From contig JALMLS010000196.1 of NCBI GenBank assembly GCA_038496445.1, positions 1-64,000 on the forward strand: a stretch of DNA of 64,000 nucleotides, in the 5' to 3' direction. The notes beneath the pieces were generated by a model. It worked only from the letters and a program-made list of their open reading frames with translations, was not told the DNA's origin and ran no database searches. Position 1 is the stretch's first letter. The number at the start of each line of letters is the position of its first letter. This document shows, piece after piece, positions 12,815 through 25,349 of the stretch. The translations under genes were made by a program, and so were the position numbers. The DNA comes from Trichosphaerium sp. ATCC 40318 (Eukaryota; Protista; Tubulinea).

Positions 12815-15800
12815 TTACATTACATTACATCTTTTCTTTAATCCAGTAGATCCTTGCTTAGCCTTTGCTCTTTTTTCAGCTGCTTTGAAATCTTTTACTT
12901 TATTCTTGTATCCTTCAGGATCAAGCTTCTGTTCGAGTGTTTCTTCCAACAGGAAGATAGTCTCAGGCGTTTTAACAAAAATCTTTGTATTACCATAAGC
13001 TATTTCATCACTTGCGAAGCTAAGCTTCCACTTGCCTTTTTAAACAATCAGTATGAGAGTAAAATACAATGAATTGATAAAACGTCAAGTTCATGACACG
13101 TACTAGATGCAAGTTGTGAAAAGAACTGTTTACACCCATCAGCGGTATCAGCACAATTGAAGTCATCAAGAATTGGCGTAAAACGGCGCAAGAAAACACT
13201 AAGAAAAGGTTAAGATGACCCAAAAAAATATGGATTTGGATTCTTTATCTTTGTTTATTGCTTACTTGAAGAAATGACGGTAAGCGTATCCAGCACGTTT
13301 AACTCTGACGTTTTGTAGTAGACCCAAGTACTTTACTTGATGCTTGACACGACCAGTGTCAAATGAAAAAGCTTGTTTGTTGTCATTAGACTTCATACAA
13401 CGGACGTAGTGAGGCTTTAAGTACAAAGTTAGACAGCTCTATTACTTTTTTTGATGAGATAGAACGTACTGTGCACTTGTTGAGCTTGTCCATAAGCATT
13501 CCTGCTGATTGTCTTATCTTCATACCAGATGTTACAGGCGATTTTTTATCTATACAGACCGTCAGAGCCATTCGAAAGAAAGAAACAAAAGGGTAAGACT
13601 ATCAAAAAAAAGTTGTTCGTTTACCGTTTTGAATATCTTCTGGGAATAAACCTGCGATGAAAGCATTTTTTGAAGTTTGTAGGCAAGCTACAAGTGAAGA
13701 GTATAGATTATCATAATTCTTTGTACAAAAATCAACTACATCGTATCTCACAGAACCTAACATGAGCGTTAGTTTATCGACCAACGAGATGTCACAATAA
13801 TAAATTCATGATACATACCTGCATAATGCTTTACTGTAAATCTCATGGCACTAGCGTCAACCTCTTGAGGTTGCTGTTTTGCAGCTAGAATAAAGGTTAG
13901 TCGAAGAGTAAAACAAAGGACTTAAAGGATTTTTGTTGTTGTACCTAAAGCATCAGCAAGGTTGGCAGGTGCGGCTCCCTCTTCTTCGTCATCGAGAATA
14001 GGCACTAAATTTATATTAGAGCAACCATTAGTGATACCTTTAACTACATACTATTTTTAAGGTCCAAGTATTGGTTTCCTTTCTGTACTTTACGAACACG
14101 TTCCATGAACTTTACATCAAGGACAGCCTAGTGAGAATACACGTCAGAAAAGTATGACTCAAAAAGAAGAATCACCAAAACTTACTCCTCCGTGAGAATG
14201 CATTGTCTTGCATGTATCATCTAATAATCTGAATATACCAGGTGGATTCTTTCCTTCAATCAAATCAACAACAACTTTGTTGTCAAAAAATTTAACATCT
14301 TTCCACTAAACACATAGATTGTTAGTGTATTCAACACGTGAGTTTAAAACAAACATCATACCTGCATTCCTTCGTCATGGTACTCTTTTTGTTCTCCTTT
14401 TACAGTCAAGTCAATAAATATTTGTTGAAGGCGTTCATTGACATAGTTAATGCAAAACTAAATGGCTAAGTAAGTAAAGAAAAAATATGACAAAGCGTTT
14501 TAGTATTACCTGCTCAAAGCCATTTTCTTCAAAAATCTCAAACCCATAGATATCTAATACGCCGATACTACGTCCAGACATAGTAATCGGTGCTGTATAA
14601 GGCATAGAAGATTTTGGAGGTGCTCCAGATGATCCCATAGCACTCATTGGTGGAGGACCTCCAGTAGCTCTTGGTACTATATAAAAATGTTAGTACTAAG
14701 CTGTGTATACAGAACATAAAATTTACGCACTTTGTGGAGGACCGCCAAAACCACGACCCATACCTCTACCACGGCCCATGCCTCTTCCTCTACCACGTCC
14801 GCGGCCACCGCGACCTCTGCCACGTCCGCCACGACCGCCACGGCCACCACGTCCGCCACGACCCATACCGCGACCTCTTCCTCGGCCACCTCGACCTCGG
14901 CCTCTACCGCGTCCTCCACCACCCATTGCCAGTGGTTGAGACATAGGCGGAGGTGGACCATTATTGGAGTCGCCTGCAATTGAAGATGCTTTAAAGCTTG
15001 AACTACTCTTTTTTCCAGCGAGAGCGCCGTTTATATGAGCTACTAGCCAATCGAATATACGAGAGTATATTGCCTTTGCTAAGGCATCTCTAATAGTCGC
15101 AGCTTGTTCAGGATTCTGTGGGACAGGATACATTGATCTAAATACTTAAGCACGTGGACAAGAAAATAGATTATAACAAGAATAGGAATTTACTTTGTAC
15201 CTTCGAGCTGAACCAGTTTGAATGACACGGTATGTCAAAGCATGTTGGAGGTTTGAAGCCTCTACATCGAACAATTGAGCAACAAAATTGAGTTGATCTA
15301 TTACGCGTAAGTGGTAAGTAGTACAAGTGACGTTGTACCAATGTTTGAAACTTGAGCAGGTTCTTCACCATGAAAGTTAATATTACCGAGATGAAGTACT
15401 CCAGCTAGTAATTGAAAGCATAGCTGACGCTCTTGGTCGGAAACTTGAATTGTTTCGAATGCTTCCATGACCTCGTGGAATTCTTTACTGTCATCCTTAT
15501 TTGGAACATTTGTACATCCACTTTGAGATAAGTAGTGGAAGCTTGATGGGCCTCCTTGAAGTTTAAACTTCGACTTCCAATCTTGTGGAGCTGCAGTCAC
15601 CAATTGGTAGAAAATATGGAAATTTCTCTCGCCCTTGGCCTTAGGAATAGGTGGTAAGAACATTGCTTGTCTTAATGATAAAATGTTCAAGTTTAAAAGT
15701 TTTTCCTGTTTTCTATTTTTAGCATCGTACTTGATAAGCAACACGTGTTTGCTCCAATAAAAAGTTTGTAATTTGTCCTCCACATGGTTCTCCCTATTTT

Positions 15801-17186
15801 TATTTTAATCAAAACGGTAAGATGATATCTTTAACAAACCTTTTCATTAAATGCAATCTCTAGGTACTTCCCGAAGCGGCTTGAGTTGTCATTCCGCACA
15901 GTCTTGGCATTACCAAAGGATTCAAGAAGAGGATTTGTAGACATAATAACAGCCTTAACGCGTTGTGTATCACCACTGTCACCAGAAACCGCTGAAATGT
16001 AATTCAAGATCTGTAAAAAAAAAAATACATAAACATTCAAATTGAAAAGAAAAAAAACGTTTGAACAAGTTCTTTTCACCCAAAACAGAGTTAAAAAAAT
16101 TAATATGTATTGATAAATGGTTAACCATCTCATGTCATCACGTGATAACGTTATAAAGTTCGAAAACAGAAAATACAAAAAAAATCACAATAAAAATGGC
16201 GAACGCACTTGTTTCGCTGCCTCTGTTTTACCAGCTCCAGATTCTCCACCTAAAAAATTCTTTTGTGAAAAAAAACCCAAAAAGAATTGATTAAAAGGTT
16301 GTTATCGTCATACTTATTATAACTGCCTGTCCACAACGTTCGTTAATCATATGCCGGTAAGTACGTTCAGCCAATTGATAAATGTGGGGCGTGGTACCGC
16401 CTATCGGTGAATCAAAAAATACAGAATTGAAAACGATCACATTACAGTAGTAATGATAATCGGGAACGTACCTGAATTGCTAGTGAGGTACATGTCCACA
16501 TGTTCTTTGCCATAAATTGGCAAAAATTTGTAAGGGTTCACCTAGCGATAGTATAAGGTAGAGAAAGGGTGCGCAGGACGTACGCATATCAATACATCGC
16601 CAATGTTGGTATAAATCTGTTGACGATCAAAACGAGCGCCTAGCTGCTTGGCCAAGCCTGAGTTTGAGGGACTGCTGCACATAACAAGGTCATCGACGCC
16701 CTAATAGCAAATTACATAACGGTTCTAGCGTGGTAATGCAACGACAGCACCACAGAGTGTGGCGCGCAAACTAGGGTACTACAAGATTGGTGCTACAAAA
16801 CTACAGAATTTTGCAGTACAATAGGCAAGCCCGCGTACTGCAAACACGATAGAGTGGAAGCACACGCAATGTCGTTTTCCAGAATTTTAAAGCGACAGAG
16901 AAAACAGCTTGCAAGCAAAAGAATGCGCGAAAATATAGCGTACCGATGTTCTCAAGCGAAGAAGCATTGTGGCGATTGTTGTTTTGATTTAGAAATAACA
17001 CGACAAATAAGGGTCATTGCCTTAATACCAATTAAAAACCTTGTAGTAAAGGTAACGCGAATACACAGTATCCAGTCTACGTTGCAAATAAGCTTTATAC
17101 CTTGCAAGAAGATTATTCAACGATTTGTAATTGAAATTACCTGCAACGCTGTATGAGATGTCAAATATGCGTCGTACTTGCGTCAT
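12815..17186 (-). CDS. myoK: Class I myosin, myosin K-type (no neck/tail, Gly/Pro/Arg insert, C-terminal CaaX)
   Basis: GVDDLV, P-loop [52 protein letters not shown]-site RRSMY; ends [56 protein letters not shown], closely resembling Dictyostelium MyoK as I recall it; exon 1 (MTQ, 17186-17178) is tentative. Confidence 0.88.
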
Positions 17187-17388
17187 GATAGGAACCAGTA
17201 CACAGTTTTTTGTTACACTTGCTCGCTTTATTTCCCACTTCACAGTGTAAATGCTAGCGCGATACTAGCCATGCGATTAATAAGAGTTGTCTAGCACGTG
17301 TGTTTACTCACGCTTACTGTCCCTGTTGGCTTCCTAAAAAAAACTGCCAAAGAACAGTCCTCGTTACAACTTTTCCAATGGGTAACCT

Positions 17389-19434
17389 ATGTTGCTAAGA
17401 AGTTATCAACAGTGTACTAGCTCTTGCTCGCGCACCAGGTCTAGGACAAACCAAGGCACTATAACTAGAGCTAGAGTCAGTGTCAAAGCCAAGTTATGTG
17501 CGCTAAGAAGCATAACAACCACACAAAAGTCGTTTAAAGGTTAGAATCGACATTATTAACGTATTTCGTTTTGAAGCGTTGTTTATGCTGCGCACGGATA
17601 TAATTTTGCCTTTTACACTAACTGAGTATGATAGGTCTTAGCCCGGCTCAATATTTCTACAATGAGACTGGACTGACTCCAGGTACTTTGAGAACGTATA
17701 AAAGTGTTATTAACCGTTCCAAAGGGCAAGCAAAACAAAAATTTGTTAATGATTGTCTGACGTTTAGAGACTTCCAACTCTACATGCCTGTCATTCACAA
17801 TGAGGAGTTTGCTATTGAACAGTATAAACGGCTAAAACAAGACGCAGATATAGGACCGCGCCATTTGCTTCCAAACCTTGGTGTATACAAAGTACTGGCA
17901 AAACTAGCGCGTAGTATGGAAACGGGGTCTTACGTTGTGAGCGAAATGATAAACAATCCAGGTACAACAAAAAAAAAACTTTTCGATCCAAAACACCTCT
18001 ACGACGCGTCTACCTACCCTAAGAGAACTTTTGAGTGACTTTAGAAAAGAATAACTAGGTTTTTTCATTATTTTTTTTCACGCAGCTGTTGTCGTTTCAA
18101 GTGGTAGCTGTTGTCGTTTCAAGTGGCTGTAGTGTTGAATTATAAGAGTGTCATAATGCTTAAAATGTTTTAGGTATCGAACCCGACTTGCAGACGTATA
18201 CTATGGTAGCTAGACGCTTTGGTTTTACTCAGGCTCTTGATCTTTTTCATGCGAAGGCACCACATGATGTAGTATCTTATAATTGCCTTTTATCACTTGC
18301 TGATAGCCTTGATGAATTCCCTATATTACAAGAACTTTACAAAGAAGCAAAGAAAGCATTATCTTCGCTTGACAAAGATACATACACGATTGTTTTAAAC
18401 AAATGCGATAAACATAAAAAATTAACTGATACTTCCAAGTTTGCTTTAAGTATCTACGAAGAACTCAAGGTTGATGGTATTGTATTGACATTAAATCAAT
18501 ATCAAGCGCTTATACATATATGCGCACGCAAGGACACCAACCGCGAGACAAGGAAGAAGGCATATTTGATTTTTAATGAGATGTTAAGGAACGGTATTGA
18601 TCCTTACCCTGCAACTTGTGTTGTATTGATTCTTTCTATCGCAAGAGAGTCACCAGATGCTGTTATTGGTATATTTAAGTATATGCTATCTAAGCGTTTC
18701 AGTATAAACAATGTTATTCACAATATCGCTATTAATGCATTTGCGAAGAAGGGAAACTTTGATGGAGCTGTTAAAGTTCATGATGCAAGTTTGAAAAAAG
18801 GATTACCTGGAAACCCAGAAACAAACTTAAAAAACTTTAATCAGATTTTGACACTTTCGAGTAAGAATGACCGATCTGGATATGGTTTACGCATATTTAA
18901 TGAACGTAAGAAAGTAGATGCAGTTGATTCATTCACGTATTCTATCGCTCTGAAGCTTGCTGTTAACATCAAGAATTATGAGGAAGTTTTTTCTATTTTT
19001 GATGAAGTACAGAACCATCCTAATATTGACGTACATGGTTCTATGTATGTCTCTGTTTGGAATGCTTGTTTAGATATGAATGATAATGAGAAATTATATA
19101 AATATGTCAAGGAGTTCAGAGAGGTACGTACAGTGGTTTTTTTTTAACGACTGAAAAAGAAAACGTGTGCTTACCTTTTTTTAACTAGAAACTTCGTCCT
19201 ACTAAGGCTGTTGTCAAACATTTATTTATGAGAGTGATATGTTATTTATTCCCTAGAAGAGAGGAACCAACTTGTTTTGATTATGAAGAGTTTAAGGAAG
19301 AGTGGCTTGATCATTCAGCTAACAACAGAAGAAACGAATATTTCACCAAAGAAACAGAAGAAAAAGTTTTGAAGGTACTTGACCTTTTCCTGGCAAAGTT
19401 ACGGAAACGTATTGATACCCCTGCTACGCTGTGA
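17389..19434 (+). CDS. Pentatricopeptide repeat (PPR) protein, probably mitochondrial
   Basis: Arg/Ser/Thr-rich N-terminus without acidic residues; helical repeats of about 35 aa (DVVSYNCLL, FNEMLRNGIDP, HNIAINAFAKKGNFDGAVKV, DSFTYSIAL). Confidence 0.8.
18084..18126. repeat. 22-bp direct tandem duplication in a PPR gene intron
   Basis: agctgttgtcgtttcaagtgg(t) occurs twice. Confidence 0.9.
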
Positions 19435-19644
19435 TGTTTATTGTTCACTCTCAATAAAAGCGTCATCACGATTGTAGTTAAATAGAGGGTTTTCTTCGAA
19501 TTCTAGTAAACTTGTAGTTAGCTGAACAGTTGCAAACAGAAAAGTCAACGTTAATAAACAAATTCAATCAAATTAACCTTACAGTAACACCTGCTACAAA
19601 GTGAACAAGTGTACACTAACGATTCTAACAGAAACATTATTATA

Positions 19645-20070
19645 ATGGAACAGAGACCTATTCTGCTGCTTGATTTACCTCCTGAGCTCTTATATATTAT
19701 ACGCAAGCTTGATGTTACACTTGGGACTCGTTTTGCTGCTTTAAATTACACAACAGCGACTGCAAGCTTGTTTGACGAGCAACTAAACAAACATGGCCAC
19801 TTTTTTCGACAGTTTGGCATTGGGAATGACCGTAAACTTGAATCAGTTTGTTTCGTACATGGTAAACGCGAAGGTGAATATAAATGTTGGGATAACAACG
19901 GCAAACTATTGATACACAGTCATATAAAAGGCGGTTTACGACACGGCAAGTATACAAGATGGGGACAAGATGGAAACAGCTCTGTAGTTGAGTATAAGAA
20001 TGGAAGAAGAGTGAGTCCGGATACTGTATGTTTCGATAAAAGATACTCCTCATGCGGAGTCCTCTTTTAA
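19645..20070 (+). CDS. Intronless protein with F-box-like N-terminus and MORN-variant/YwqK-type repeats
   Basis: LLDLPPELLYII followed by HGKREGEYKCWDNNGKL and GLRHGKYTRWGQDG. Confidence 0.65.
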   Translation: MEQRPILLLDLPPELLYIIRKLDVTLGTRFAALNYTTATASLFDEQLNKHGHFFRQFGIGNDRKLESVCFVHGKREGEYKCWDNNGKLLIHSHIKGGLRHGKYTRWGQDGNSSVVEYKNGRRVSPDTVCFDKRYSSCGVLF

Positions 20071-20215
20071 GAGGCTTGGCTACAACCCTACACTGAACCG
20101 TTGTTAACGACTTAATAAATAGCGATAACTTGCCTTAGTACTCTATTTCTCGCTTCTATTACATACAGCAATAGCCCATGCGTAACAGAACTGAGTAATA
20201 CTGAAGCTATTTCCA

Positions 20216-21408
20216 ATGCTCCGCTCACGTTTTGTTTTGGCTCCACGCAAGGGCGTAGACGCGTCGAGGCACATTTCACGCGTTTTAATGCGCTATCGGT
20301 ATAAAGTCGATTATATACCAGTTGTAGACATGAACAGAAAAGAGGACGCTATTAAAACGCTTACAGAAGCTTTTTCGACTAGTGGTTTCCTGTACATCAA
20401 AAACAGCAAACTAAAACCTAATATTATCACGAAAGGTTTACACGATGTGCGTACTGTGCTATAAAAACCTATTTGACAAATTCAGGCTAAACGGTTTTTT
20501 ACTGATCAAACGGACTTTCAAAAGAGCGCTATTACAAAAATTGAGGCCAATGGTAAGGTTAGAAAGCACTAGTTTACATACTTCTAACAGCAACAAAAGG
20601 GTTACTACCAATACCATGGCAAAGGACTTGGGGAAGTTGGTAGTGATGCAGCTATTGAAGCCTTCTTGATGGGAAAAGATATTGAAGAACCAGGAGCATT
20701 AAAGCGAGGTATTGTCAGCATACTAAAGAGCTATGTGATACTTATTTAATCGGTTAAGAATATTTTAAGAATAGTGGATACAATGACGACAAGGCTTGGT
20801 GGGATCTCGTGAACCGTCCAAATCAATGGCCTGACGAGCAGTTTCAAAATAATATGAATACACTATGGAACTCTTGCAGTGAGACAACACTGCAAATGCT
20901 CACATTAATGGGTGAAGCACTTGGAAAGGTGAGTTGGTTTTTTTTTGTTTTTTTTTTTGTTTGTTGTCTTTGCGAGGAAAAATCATAGCTGATATCACGT
21001 GATTAGGAGAAAGACTATTTTACAAATATGCACAATCATATGGATGCAAACTTAGAGCTTAAACTATACCACGCAAACGAAGATAAAACACCGTCTGTGC
21101 GTGTTAAATCACACGCTGATTTGACATCGATTACATTGCTAATGCAAGACTTTGGTGGATTAGAAGTATACGATACTAAAAACTCAATATGGTGTAAAGT
21201 ACCTGTAGTAGAGGATGCAGTACTTGTGAATACAGGTAATATTATGGAGATGTGGACGAACGGAGAATTTAAGAGTGCAAAACATAGAGTTGTTTCAGAA
21301 GGAGATTCTCCTGCTCGATCTTCAATTGTATTTTTTGCCATACCTGATTGGCATGCCCGCTTGAAAGTAGGAGAATACGATATGGTAGGTGATGTATATC
21401 CAATGTAA
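20216..21408 (+). CDS. 2-oxoglutarate/Fe(II) dioxygenase, IPNS/DIOX family (multi-exon)
   Basis: IPVVDM...GFLYIKN N-terminus; HAD...H facial triad (SHADLTSITLL, AKHRV) and RSS 2OG-binding motif. Confidence 0.88.
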
Positions 21409-21619
21409 TCACAAGAGCAAAAACTGTTTAAAACATGAAATTTCGCTTGGATTTCATTTTGATGACCTTTTTCTGCCTTGTTTCGCTTTATAATAGGTAG
21501 TCATGAGAGCAAATGTATTAAATAAATGATTACATTACTTTCTTTCAAATTTTTAGCTGTCACGTGATTAGTACACAACCCTTTTGTCATCTAAACCACA
21601 ATACAGAAAATTTACAAGG

Positions 21620-23875
21620 ATGGCACTTCAAAAACAATGGGGAGAGTTCGTAGCAATGAAATACGCCGACCAAGGCAAAGCTTTGTACGTCTTGTTGTAA
21701 AAATCTATGTGACGCTTGAAACGTGGTGACAGTAGCCCACTGATACATAAACGCTCCTTGTGATGTCACAGCGAGCGTGCAGCTCGTTAGTTTTAGTTCC
21801 TCAGCAAGTTTGCTTTATTTTTTGCTAATCTTTACGTCTAGCCTTAATGCGTTCTGGGAAGAGCTTCCAGGTGCGATGAGAAAAGATTTCCCTTTGTGAG
21901 TGGCTAACGCTTTTTTAGAGGATATTCCAGAGAAAGTATGGCAATGGGTAAGCGCACTAAAAATCAAAGCAGTATTTGTTTTTCTGTTCAATGTGTGACA
22001 CGTTACTTCACAGGCTGCAAAGTTTGCAGAACTTGACCTCGACAAACAAGAGGAGGGCTGTGATCTCGATGGTAAGTGTCTAGACCGCGATATTAAAGCG
22101 TGTTCTTGTGTCTTACAGGTGTATTTAGAGTTTGGCGCTCACCGTTTTTTGGAAGCCATCAGTACGTGTAACTTTTTTTTTTTCGGTTTTTCTGTCTTTG
22201 CCATCTTTAAATTAGCTAACATGTTTAATCAGAGGAAGCAAGTACAGTAAAGGCAATGAGAGAAGATATCAAGGAAGCTGATATTGACTTCAACAAGGTT
22301 TGTGTTTTGTTCTTTCCCTTTTTCTTTTTTGTCAATAACGTGATTATTGTTTACGGGACGATTAGAGATTGGCTTTGATTGAATTTTGCTTGTGGAAATT
22401 GAAAAAGAAGGCTTCTGTATTTTGTGAGCGCCCTCAGGTAAACTAGTATTGGATGTTTTCGTTGTTTGTCCACCTAATCATTATTTCAATAATAGGGAGA
22501 CGCTGATAAGATTGCCAAAATGCAAGCTGCTCTTGAAGCCGCTCAAGCCGCTTTACAAGAAGCCATCGCAAAGGCAAAGGCCGCCAAAGAATCCGAGGAC
22601 GCTGCCGCTGCTGCTGCCAGAGAAGCAAAAGCATCTGAGGATGAAGCCAAGGCTAGAGCTGATGAAGCTGCTGCCGCAGAGGCAGCCGCTAAGGCCGCTG
22701 CTGAAAAAGCAAAGGAACAAGAGGCTGCTGCCAAATGTGCCGCAGATGATGCTGCTGCAAAGGAAGCTGTCGCTGCTGAATCAGCTGCCGCTGCAAAAGC
22801 AAAGGAAGACGAGGCTAAGGGTAAAGCTGATGAAGCCAGAGCCGCCGAAGATGGTACGTCCATGCTCCGAAGTAGATTTTTATTAACAGTTGTTTAGAAT
22901 TGCGTGCTGCTCTCGCTGAGCTTGAAGCACAAGAGACTGCTTACAAAAACAAAACTGAAGATTTGAAAAAGGTACGAACGGAAGCATAGCCAGAACAAAG
23001 GGTTTATTAAGTTGTAGAGATCCGAACAAGGAGGTGTTGTAACCAGAAACAAAGCAAAAGCAGAATTAGAGATTCACTTGGCTGGTACGAAATTAAACAT
23101 TATTTTATCGAATGACTCACACAACATAATAGAGGATCCATTGCCACTCCGTACTGCAAAAATTCTGTACGTGATACAATTTATCAACCAACACTAACCC
23201 ACTTTCTCAGCCAAGAAGCTGCCACCCGTAAAGCTGAGAAAGCGCGTAAAATTGCTGACGAGTATCACGCTGCTGCTGCAGCAAAGCGCCAAGATGCTGA
23301 TGATGATCATGCCGCTGCCGCTGCTTCAAGACAAGACGCTGATAATGCAGCTGCAGAAGCTACTGCTTCTCGTGAAGCAAGCGAAGCCGCAGCTGAGGTA
23401 TGTTCATTTAGTTTTTTGCGTACTAAATGATTTAGGCTGCTTCTCAAGCTCGCCAAGCTGCTGATGACGCTCATGCATCTGCTGTTCAACTCAGACAAGC
23501 CGCTGATGATGCTCACTCTGCCGCTGCAGCAGCACGTGCTGAAGCTGATAGTGCCCTCGATGACGCTCAAGCGAAAGTAGCTATTGTTGAGGTAAATAAG
23601 CATCACATTATGATGTACCGTTTGTTGTGTGTATTAATAGGTTTTTTAGGAACAAATTGTTGAAGCCAAGAAGAATGCTGGACCAGGAAAAGGACTTGTA
23701 TGGTGGTAAGCACTGGTTTTATTTTTTATTATGGATTTTTGATCTGATGATTTGATTATTCTTTTTTCTCCCGCCACGTGATATTAATCGGTTTTTTCTT
23801 TGTAGGATTGAAAGAGAACTTCACGAAGCCAAGAAATACATGCCATTGAAGAAAGGTGGTATTCTTCGTAAGTAG
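21620..23875 (+). CDS. 34-kDa calcium-regulated actin-bundling protein (ABP34) family, long Ala-rich variant, copy 1
   Basis: Spliced product has QGKAFLNAFW, LDEFGAHRFLE, EF-hand-like DIDFNKRLALIE, EDPLPLRTAKI and GKGLVWWIERELHEAKKYMP, matching motifs of Dictyostelium AbpB as I recall them; about 15 exons. Confidence 0.8.
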
Positions 23876-24152
23876 AAGAAAACTAGACGCTCCAAACAGT
23901 TTTGGTGTATCAAATAAATTAACAGTTTTTTACGGAATTAATTGCCATAAATTTGTTAGTAAGTAATAACACTTTTCGGGCATGTTGTGGCCCGCTGCGA
24001 ATGTTCAAATAGCAGGGTGTTCACCGTATCGAACTGATTATAACGTTATGAAGATGATGCTTCTCCTTCGGTGAAAATTGATTTTGTGGTCAAAAAATTT
24101 ACCCGAGTCAATCAATATCTACATTTACAACCACTCTAGCAAGAAATTACAC

Positions 24153-25055
24153 ATGGCCACTGCGCAACCACCACCGCTTCCTGCATTACCAGCTATGGTC
24201 TCGAAGAAAGACAACAAACACGCTGAGTTGTATGCAAAATACGAACAATCAGTATCGCAGTCCCCTACGCTAAAATTTACGCGAGAAAATGCTCTAGAAA
24301 TAGATGGACAACCCAGATCGGTTACAAAAGTGTGTTGTCCAAAAACGGGGCAACAAGTATGCTTGGTGGTCCCGAATATACTCAACGAGCAAGAATGTGG
24401 AAAATGGATAGAGTCTGGAGAAGCTGCTGGTATTAAACAGGCGCCACTCGCTGCAGGAACCCTCAGAACAGCAAAGAGAACAAAAGACTACGTAAATAAA
24501 GCATACTCAACGACAATTGAACAACGAATCTCGAAAGAGCTTCGAGACGCACTGAGGGAAACTGTACCGAGCAGTTTATCCTCCACGGAACGTGTCCAAT
24601 GGCGTCTTCATGAAAATTGGCGTTTCGTACGATACGATGCAGGTGACGTATTTCAACCTCACGTGGACCAACGGGATTCTATTCGCACACTTTCAAAAGA
24701 CAACAAGCCAATCCAGACTGTGTCATTCTATACAATGATCATATCGCTGTCAGATGACTATGAGGGAGGCTGCACGAGCTTTTACCCTACAAAAGACTAC
24801 AATCATAGGATAGATATTAGCTTGCCGAAGGGATGGGCCTTGCTGTTCTACCAGCCTAGTGCTTTGCACGGTGGCTCACCTGTCACAAAAGGAACAAAGT
24901 ATATTGCGCAGGCCGGATTGATGAGACCTCTAGTTCCAGAAGAGCCATTCCGTCGTGCAGCTTTTAAGTTTGGACCAGGGATCCGAGAAGAAGCCGAAAG
25001 CAGAGCAGTAGAAGCGTTCAAGAAAAATCCTGAATTGTTTAAGCAAATCCTTTGA
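24153..25055 (+). CDS. Prolyl 4-hydroxylase-like 2OG-Fe(II) oxygenase (intronless)
   Basis: RFVRYDAGDVFQPHVD, YEGGCTSF, LHGGSPVTKGTKY (HxD...H...K). Confidence 0.85.
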   Translation: MATAQPPPLPALPAMVSKKDNKHAELYAKYEQSVSQSPTLKFTRENALEIDGQPRSVTKVCCPKTGQQVCLVVPNILNEQECGKWIESGEAAGIKQAPLAAGTLRTAKRTKDYVNKAYSTTIEQRISKELRDALRETVPSSLSSTERVQWRLHENWRFVRYDAGDVFQPHVDQRDSIRTLSKDNKPIQTVSFYTMIISLSDDYEGGCTSFYPTKDYNHRIDISLPKGWALLFYQPSALHGGSPVTKGTKYIAQAGLMRPLVPEEPFRRAAFKFGPGIREEAESRAVEAFKKNPELFKQIL

Positions 25056-25349
25056 AGCGAAAGTCATTAGAGCTTTAGCAGTGTACATAAATAAAATGCT
25101 AATAATTTCTTTTTCGGTTTTTTCTTGACAATCACGTGGACCTCCATAGTTAGTATAGCTGTTATCCATTACCTTATACGTATAAGATTGATTGAGAGCT
25201 AAGATGTGCTCTAGTGAGCACCTCAACAAAGGTGTCTGAATAAGTGAATCGCTTAAAGGTTGTTAGCAATCTTCCAGTTTTCAACTTTAGTCAAAACTTG
25301 TACGAATTCGAGTAGGAGGGCTGTAGGAACTGTTGTTTGAGCGTGCAAA

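Noticed and set aside
14677-14983. RG-rich ORF as a separate fibrillarin/GAR-type gene, or the + strand poly-PR ORFs
   Set aside because: The tract is in frame within a myosin exon (continuous with [16 protein letters not shown]); the other frames are shadows of the low-complexity sequence
22520-22897. Bacterial TolA or contamination
   Set aside because: Ala/Lys/Glu similarity is compositional; the exon belongs to a 15-exon ABP34-family gene
23977-24076. TPP riboswitch, tRNA or SECIS
   Set aside because: No CUGAGA/ACCUG core, no cloverleaf with a T-loop in the right place, and no in-frame UGA in the adjacent genes
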